Translations under genes and position numbers: made by a program | Notes under the pieces: model-generated | Seen by the model: only the letters and a program-made list of their open reading frames with translations | Told to the model about the DNA's origin: nothing | Databases searched by the model: none | From: Acidobacteriota bacterium | GTDB taxonomy: Bacteria; Acidobacteriota; UBA6911; RPQK01; JAJDTT01 | NCBI GenBank assembly: GCA_965263035.1 | Contig: OZ253580.1 | Coordinates: 1,792,001 to 1,856,000 of the forward strand | Reading direction: 5' to 3' | Length of the DNA stretch: 64,000 nucleotides | Shown: in pieces, positions 58,765 through 64,000 of the stretch | Layout: each line of letters begins with the position of its first letter | How positions within the stretch are numbered: position 1 is the stretch's first letter

Positions 58765-60117
58765 TCACTCCGGATGGTTGGTGCGCTTCACAAGTTCGTC
58801 CACTTTTTCCACGATGATCTCTTCCACCGGCGCCCGGAAGGGGCCTGATTGCCCGTAGCCGACCATGGCGCCCGCACCTTCGTAGCCGCCCTCCTTGAGC
58901 ACCCTCAGGGAGGGAATATAGGCGAAGACCTCGTTGGAATAGCCGGCGACCCAGACCGTGTCCCATCCGTGGGCCTCCCTGAGCCGCAGGGAGTAGTCGA
59001 CAACCACCTCGCCCGCCAGGTGAATCAGGGTGAGGTCCTCCCCGAACTGCCAGACCTGAATCGGGTACGGATAGCTGTCCGGCAGCCTCCCCTCCCTCTC
59101 GATTCTCTCCAGGAGGAACCGCGCGTGACGCTGGCGGCTTCCCGTCTCCCGCCGGGCCCGGGCTTCCAGCTCTTGGCGCGAAGGAGGCTTGCTGAAGGGG
59201 ATCGCCACCCGCTCGAAGGCGGTGGTGAGAGGACCCCGGACCGCAGCCATCTCCCCGTCCAGCACCAGGTCCACGGCAAACGCCAGAATCTGGCCGTAAC
59301 TCCTGGCCAGATCCACCGATCTTCGGGGGAGGGGGTTGGCGTCGGCTCCGCAGCCGGTGACGAACAGGGCGGTGGTGCCCGGATGCTTTTCCTGCACGGA
59401 TTCCTGAGCGAACCCGGGCCAGTCTCCGTTGATCCGGTAGTCGGACAGGACCGTGGCGTGGCAGGCGTATCCAAAGACCACGGCCCGCAACTCACCATCG
59501 ACACCACGCACGGCGAGGACGGGGACATCGTGGTCCACCGGGCCGGGCAGATGGCGTTTCCCGGTCCGGACACGGCGGCGATTGACGGCAAACCCCGCCG
59601 ACCCCTGTCCGAAAGTGAGCCGAGCCGGCGAGAGCTGCTCCATGGACTGGCCGATCACCTTCACGATCTCGTCCAGGACCCAACTGGTGTAACGGCCGAC
59701 GACCCGGAGATGCTCCGGTTCCATGGGGTATGCCGGCCGAAGCACGTCCCCGGCGACGGGACCGCTGTGAGTGTGGGAGAAGTTGAGGCCGAGACGATCC
59801 CGGCTCAAGCCGAATTCCTGCCAGGCCCGGTCCGCGATCTGGTCCGAGAGGCGGCGGCTGAGTCCCAGCAGATCGATGGTCACCAGGACGGTCACCGCCC
59901 CCGTCTCATCCTCCAGGGCCAGAGCCTTGGCGTGGAGGTCCTGCAGGACCTCCCCCGAAGGACGTTCCCGGGATCCGTAGCCCGCCAGCCAGATGGGTTC
60001 CTTGGGCGTGATGGGCACACTGGCCACTCCCGCTCTCCACCCCGATTGCCCCTGACCGGCTGCGGTCTCTACGACGAACAGCAGCAATACAATCGTCCAA
60101 GGCGAGACTCTTTTCAT
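58765..60117 (-). CDS. Neutral/alkaline ceramidase N-terminal domain family protein
   Basis: ITP...LAGYG, SHTHSGP, YACHAT, GCGADANP and GGYEG. Confidence 0.82.
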   Translation of the reverse strand: MKRVSPWTIVLLLFVVETAAGQGQSGWRAGVASVPITPKEPIWLAGYGSRERPSGEVLQDLHAKALALEDETGAVTVLVTIDLLGLSRRLSDQIADRAWQEFGLSRDRLGLNFSHTHSGPVAGDVLRPAYPMEPEHLRVVGRYTSWVLDEIVKVIGQSMEQLSPARLTFGQGSAGFAVNRRRVRTGKRHLPGPVDHDVPVLAVRGVDGELRAVVFGYACHATVLSDYRINGDWPGFAQESVQEKHPGTTALFVTGCGADANPLPRRSVDLARSYGQILAFAVDLVLDGEMAAVRGPLTTAFERVAIPFSKPPSRQELEARARRETGSRQRHARFLLERIEREGRLPDSYPYPIQVWQFGEDLTLIHLAGEVVVDYSLRLREAHGWDTVWVAGYSNEVFAYIPSLRVLKEGGYEGAGAMVGYGQSGPFRAPVEEIIVEKVDELVKRTNHPE

Positions 60118-60124
60118 GACCTCC

Positions 60125-61072
60125 TCACTCCTGTTCTTCGGTCAGCATTTCGTCCGCGAACCGCCGGACCGAGTCCAGCGTCTCCTGGGTACTCGGGGCG
60201 TCTACCGAGAGGACCAGGTAGTCGAGTCCCGCTTCCCGATAGCGGCGGACGTCGTCGCGGACCTGCGCCGCGGTTCCGGTCAGGTGGAGCCGGTGCCCGT
60301 TGCCGTCGAATCGGGCTTCTCCCAGAACCAGCGTGTGTCTCAGCGTGACGCCCACCGTCCGCGGGTCCCGTCCCTCCGCGCGGCAGATTCGAGCCAGATC
60401 CTCCCGGGCTTTCCCGATCTGGCGGGGAGAGAGCCGAATGCCGTGCCAGGCGTCGCCCAGCCGGACGCTCCGGCGCAGGGCGAAGCGGGAATTCCCTCCC
60501 ACCCAGATGGGAGGATGCGGCTGTTGCACCGGCCGCGGGAAGAAGACCATGCCCGAGGTGCGGAAGTGCTTCCCCCGGTACTCCGGGACGTCCTGGGCGC
60601 AGGCGGCCTTGAGAATCTCGATGTGCTCGTCGGTGAGTGCTCCCCGCTTCCGGTAGGGCGCACCCATGGCGGCGAATTCTTCCGGCATCCAACCCACGCC
60701 GACGCCGTAGATCACCCGCCCTCCCGAGAGAACGTCCAGCGTGGTGATCATCTTGGCGTTCAAGAGGGGATTCCGGAAAGGAAGGACCAGAACGCTGATC
60801 CCCAGCCGCACGCGCCTGGTAGCTCCTCCCACAAAACTGAGAGTGGCGAGGGCTTCCAGGACGTTCTGAGCCTCGGGACTGGCCTTGCCGGGCCCGAACA
60901 TTGCCGGGTAGCGCCGGACCAGATCCGCGGGAAAGAGGGTCCGGTCACTGACCCAGACCGAGTCGTACCCGGCTTCTTCGATGGCCGCGGTCATTCTCCG
61001 GACGTAATCGGCCTGGGCTCCAGCGGTGACTGCCGGCGTGACCGAAGTGGTCGCGGCGACTCCGAACTTCAT
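60125..61072 (-). CDS. LLM-class (probably F420-dependent) oxidoreductase
   Basis: MKFGV, GYDSVWVSD, LDVLSGGR..GVGVGW..EF and PPIWVGG. Confidence 0.88.
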   Translation of the reverse strand: MKFGVAATTSVTPAVTAGAQADYVRRMTAAIEEAGYDSVWVSDRTLFPADLVRRYPAMFGPGKASPEAQNVLEALATLSFVGGATRRVRLGISVLVLPFRNPLLNAKMITTLDVLSGGRVIYGVGVGWMPEEFAAMGAPYRKRGALTDEHIEILKAACAQDVPEYRGKHFRTSGMVFFPRPVQQPHPPIWVGGNSRFALRRSVRLGDAWHGIRLSPRQIGKAREDLARICRAEGRDPRTVGVTLRHTLVLGEARFDGNGHRLHLTGTAAQVRDDVRRYREAGLDYLVLSVDAPSTQETLDSVRRFADEMLTEEQE

Positions 61073-61183
61073 GCGATTCGCGCCCTCCGTCCGGGAATCT
61101 TATCACCCCGGTGGAGGAGCGGTGGTAGACTTCGGTGGAACCGCAACGGGCATTTCGTGGGTTACTCGAACATGTGTTCTCGA

Positions 61184-62635
61184 ATGAGATTCCTGCTGAC
61201 GGTGGCGAACCTCGCCGCTGCCGGCGCCGCCATCCTCGGAAGCTCGCAGGCGGCCGGTGTGGAGATCGGCCACCGGACGCAGCTCTTCATCGACGACCAC
61301 GTGGTGGAGTCCACCCAGGGCGTGACCCGGCGGTTGAACCGATTGGAACGACATCCGGGCAATCCGATTCTGGAGGGTGACCGTCCCTGGGAACGATGGA
61401 TGATCTCGCCCAATGGGAGGGCCGCTCTCTTCGATCGGGAGACCGGCGAGTTCAAGATGTGGTACATGGCCTCCCACCCGGAAGAGGGGGCACCGGGCGG
61501 GTTCCGGTACAAGGTGGGTTACGCCGTGTCCAAGGATGGCACCAACTGGAGCAAACCGAATCTGGGGCTGGTGGACTGGGAGGGTTCGCGCGAAAACAAT
61601 CTCATTCCCCGGGGCGTCAACTGGATGCGGCGGGCCAACGTCATCAAGGACCTCCGCGATCCGGATCCCCAACGGCGGTTCAAGATGACCTACGTGGACG
61701 TCTTCGACGGAGAGGCGGCCATCACCAAGGGCTATTCGGCCGACGGAGTCCACTGGAGGCTCAACGGCGACGGGAAGCCCTGGTTCCGGCGGCCCCACAA
61801 CGGGAACCTGTTGGGTTGGGATCCGCGCATCCAACGCTACGTCTTCTACGTTCGGATGCGCGCAGCACAGAATACGGTGGGGCGGGCCGTCAGTCCCGAC
61901 TTCGTCACCTGGTCGGACCCCGAAACAGTGATGGCTCCCGGACCGGAAGAACCCGATCTCCACTTCAAGGGACTGGCCGCGTTCCTTTACGAGGACCTCT
62001 ACCTGGGCTGGCTCTGGGTCTTCGAAAGAGGGGCGAAGGAGTTCGTCGCGGCGGCGGCCGAGTTGGCCGTGAGCCGGGACGGGATCCACTGGAATCGGCC
62101 CTTTCCCGGGTCTTTCGTTCTGGAGCGGGGAGAAGATCCGGCCTGGGACAGCCAGCTCAGCATCCCGGTGGCTCCCGTGGTGCACGACCAGCGGATCTGG
62201 TGCTATTACTGGGGCGAGAACATGCCCTACACCATGGAAGCCATCTGGAAGGTGAAAGACGGCTGGGTCCAGGACGGCCGGCGCATGCAGCGGGCCACCG
62301 GTCTGGCCACCTTGCGGCTGGACGGATTCGTGGCGCTCTCGGCGAAGGGCGACGGATCGGTCACCACGAAGCTGCTCGAGACGCCCGGCGGACGACTGAC
62401 GATCAACGCCCAGGTCCGGGGCGAACTTCGAGCGGAGGTCCTCGACGAGAACGGCAAGGTCATGCCCGGATACGGGTTTCAGCAATGCAGCCCAATCCGG
62501 GGGGACTCGTTGCGCCACGACGTCACCTGGGGGAGCGGAGCGGATCTCGTGCCTCGCCGGAAGGCGGGACTTCGCATTCGATTCCACTTGCAGGATACGG
62601 ACCTGTACGCCTTTCAGGTTAACAGTCCGTGGTGA
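61184..62635 (+). CDS. Secreted GH32/GH43-like beta-propeller protein
   Basis: QLFIDD, YAVSKDGTNWSKPNLGLVDWEG, SRDGIHW and GLATLRLDGF. The real start lies at ATG 61184 inside the 60116 ORF. Confidence 0.72.
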   Translation: MRFLLTVANLAAAGAAILGSSQAAGVEIGHRTQLFIDDHVVESTQGVTRRLNRLERHPGNPILEGDRPWERWMISPNGRAALFDRETGEFKMWYMASHPEEGAPGGFRYKVGYAVSKDGTNWSKPNLGLVDWEGSRENNLIPRGVNWMRRANVIKDLRDPDPQRRFKMTYVDVFDGEAAITKGYSADGVHWRLNGDGKPWFRRPHNGNLLGWDPRIQRYVFYVRMRAAQNTVGRAVSPDFVTWSDPETVMAPGPEEPDLHFKGLAAFLYEDLYLGWLWVFERGAKEFVAAAAELAVSRDGIHWNRPFPGSFVLERGEDPAWDSQLSIPVAPVVHDQRIWCYYWGENMPYTMEAIWKVKDGWVQDGRRMQRATGLATLRLDGFVALSAKGDGSVTTKLLETPGGRLTINAQVRGELRAEVLDENGKVMPGYGFQQCSPIRGDSLRHDVTWGSGADLVPRRKAGLRIRFHLQDTDLYAFQVNSPW

Positions 62636-62782
62636 AAGTCCCGCGAGCACCGAGACCGGTCCTGCGCCCACCGGACAAGGCGCAACGGAGGGAGCAGACC
62701 GGGAGTATGTGAGCCGATAGCAACGCAGTCCGCGCACGATGCAGGGACGGTCGAATGCCGTGACGACTTTCGCCACGGGCGG
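62623..62782. mobile_element. MITE-like element flanked by TTAA
   Basis: Imperfect terminal IR (62621-62640 versus 62765-62784, 17/20), with TTAA at 62619-22 and 62783-86. Confidence 0.65.
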
Positions 62783-62854
62783 TTAAGGCCGATTGAACAT
62801 ATCGACGGACATTCAAAAGGGTCCAATTAGAATTCAGAATCTTCCGACACTCCC

Positions 62855-64000
62855 ATGCTCTGGCTTCCCTTCGCTCTGCTCGCGCTCCTGACCCCTCCCC
62901 AGGAGAAAGAACCGCCCACCGAGGAGACGCCGAAGGGTTCTCACGAGACCGTCGTCGTCACGGCCAGCCGCCAGGAGCAGCCTCTTCTCGAGAGCACGTC
63001 ACTGGTCACCGTCCTGTCCCGGGACGACCTCCGCCGGTCTCCGGCCCTGGTCCTGGACGACGCGTTGCGCCAGATCCCCGGGTTCAGCCTCTTTCGACGC
63101 AGCAGCAGCATGATCTCCCATCCCACCACTCAGGGCGTTTCTCTACGGGGCATCGGGCCCTCCGGAACCAGCCGCACGCTGGTCCTGTTCGACGGCATTC
63201 CCTGGAACGATCCCTTCGGCGGCTGGGTCTACTGGAACCGGATCCCCCGCATGGCTCTGGAGAGCGTGGAGGTGGTCCGGGGCGCCACCAGTCCTCTGTA
63301 CGGGAGCACCGCGCTGGGGGGAACCATTCAGCTCCGTCCGAGCCGCAACCAGCGCCGGCTGGAGGTCCGGGGCGTGTTGGGGGATCACAAGTACGCCGAC
63401 CTGGATCTGGCCGCCTCGGACAGAATCGGAAACTGGGGATATCTGGCCGCCGCACGGGTACTGGACACCGACGGCTACTTCATCATCGACGAGGCGCTCC
63501 GGGGAGAGGTGGACACGCCGGCCAACAGCCGGTTCGAGACCTTCTTCGGCCGGGTTTCCTACAAGGGATTCCATGTCGGCGTCAACACGTTTCGGGAACG
63601 GCGCAGCAACGGGACGCAACTCCAACAGAACGACTCCCGGATCGCTCTCCTGGAGACGGGCCTCGAGGGCGATTCCTGGCAGGGACGCTTCTACGTCCAG
63701 TCCGGGCTTTTCAAAAACACCTTCTCCCGGGTCCTGAGTGGCCGTTCCCGGGAATTCGTGACTGCCCGGCAGGAATTCCCCACGCTGGGAACGGGAGGGT
63801 CGCTGACCTGGAATCCGCGGGGGCAACTGTTGCTGGGCACCGATTGGAGACGAGTCACCTGGCAGGACCGGGTGCAGAATCTGGCCGGACTGTTCGTCCA
63901 ACAGACCCTGCCCCTCCACACCCGGCTGGATTTGCAGCTCGGAGCCCGGACGGACTGGTGGCAGGGCCGCACCACCGAAACCTCGCTGAATCCCCGCCTG
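62855..64000 (+). CDS. TonB-dependent receptor (runs off the right edge)
   Basis: Manual translation: MLWLPFALLALL...ETVVVTASR (TonB box), LDDALRQIPG, SLRGIG...RTLVLFDGIP.ND plug motifs. Confidence 0.9.
   Translation, partial: MLWLPFALLALLTPPQEKEPPTEETPKGSHETVVVTASRQEQPLLESTSLVTVLSRDDLRRSPALVLDDALRQIPGFSLFRRSSSMISHPTTQGVSLRGIGPSGTSRTLVLFDGIPWNDPFGGWVYWNRIPRMALESVEVVRGATSPLYGSTALGGTIQLRPSRNQRRLEVRGVLGDHKYADLDLAASDRIGNWGYLAAARVLDTDGYFIIDEALRGEVDTPANSRFETFFGRVSYKGFHVGVNTFRERRSNGTQLQQNDSRIALLETGLEGDSWQGRFYVQSGLFKNTFSRVLSGRSREFVTARQEFPTLGTGGSLTWNPRGQLLLGTDWRRVTWQDRVQNLAGLFVQQTLPLHTRLDLQLGARTDWWQGRTTETSLNPRL

Noticed and set aside
60116-61183. N-terminal 356 aa of the 839-aa ORF
   Set aside because: This part is antisense to the LLM oxidoreductase. 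The real gene starts near 61184 with a signal peptide.

Overview
GC-rich bacterial chromosomal window. The gene content (many PhyH dioxygenases, GH-like propellers, Tat exports, a multiheme/PA14 cytochrome and a TonB receptor) suggests a diderm such as an Acidobacteriota-like organism, but that is inference only. The main feature is a ~16 kb, tightly coupled four-gene minus-strand operon at 12780-28661: PLD-nuclease/SNF2-type helicase -> N6-adenine methyltransferase with a Type ISP-like specificity domain and an appended LexA/S24 domain -> 1252-aa reverse transcriptase-nitrilase fusion (DRT1/UG1-like) -> RecD2-like helicase with a C-terminal nuclease-like domain. An IS630 insertion splits the methyltransferase cleanly. 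The operon lies in an island bracketed by diverged copies of the 3' end of a PhyH gene. A second oddity is a RAYT (HUH Y1) transposase module flanked by a displaced copy of a neighbour's 3' end and a scrambled micro-array built from that neighbour's last 9 nt. Other mobile DNA: a partial IS1380, a Cre-like recombinase islet with a 15-7-15 palindrome, an IS remnant, a TTAA-flanked MITE and REP-like hairpins. The rest is metabolic or envelope genes: NAD-linked formate dehydrogenase, GGT, tandem Ldh_2 and PhyH paralogs, SDR, YbdK, RlpA, PQQ dehydrogenase, VapBC, LLM oxidoreductase and a TonB-dependent receptor. No rRNA, tRNA or CRISPR array was recognised. All calls come from reading motifs by eye, and start codons are best estimates.
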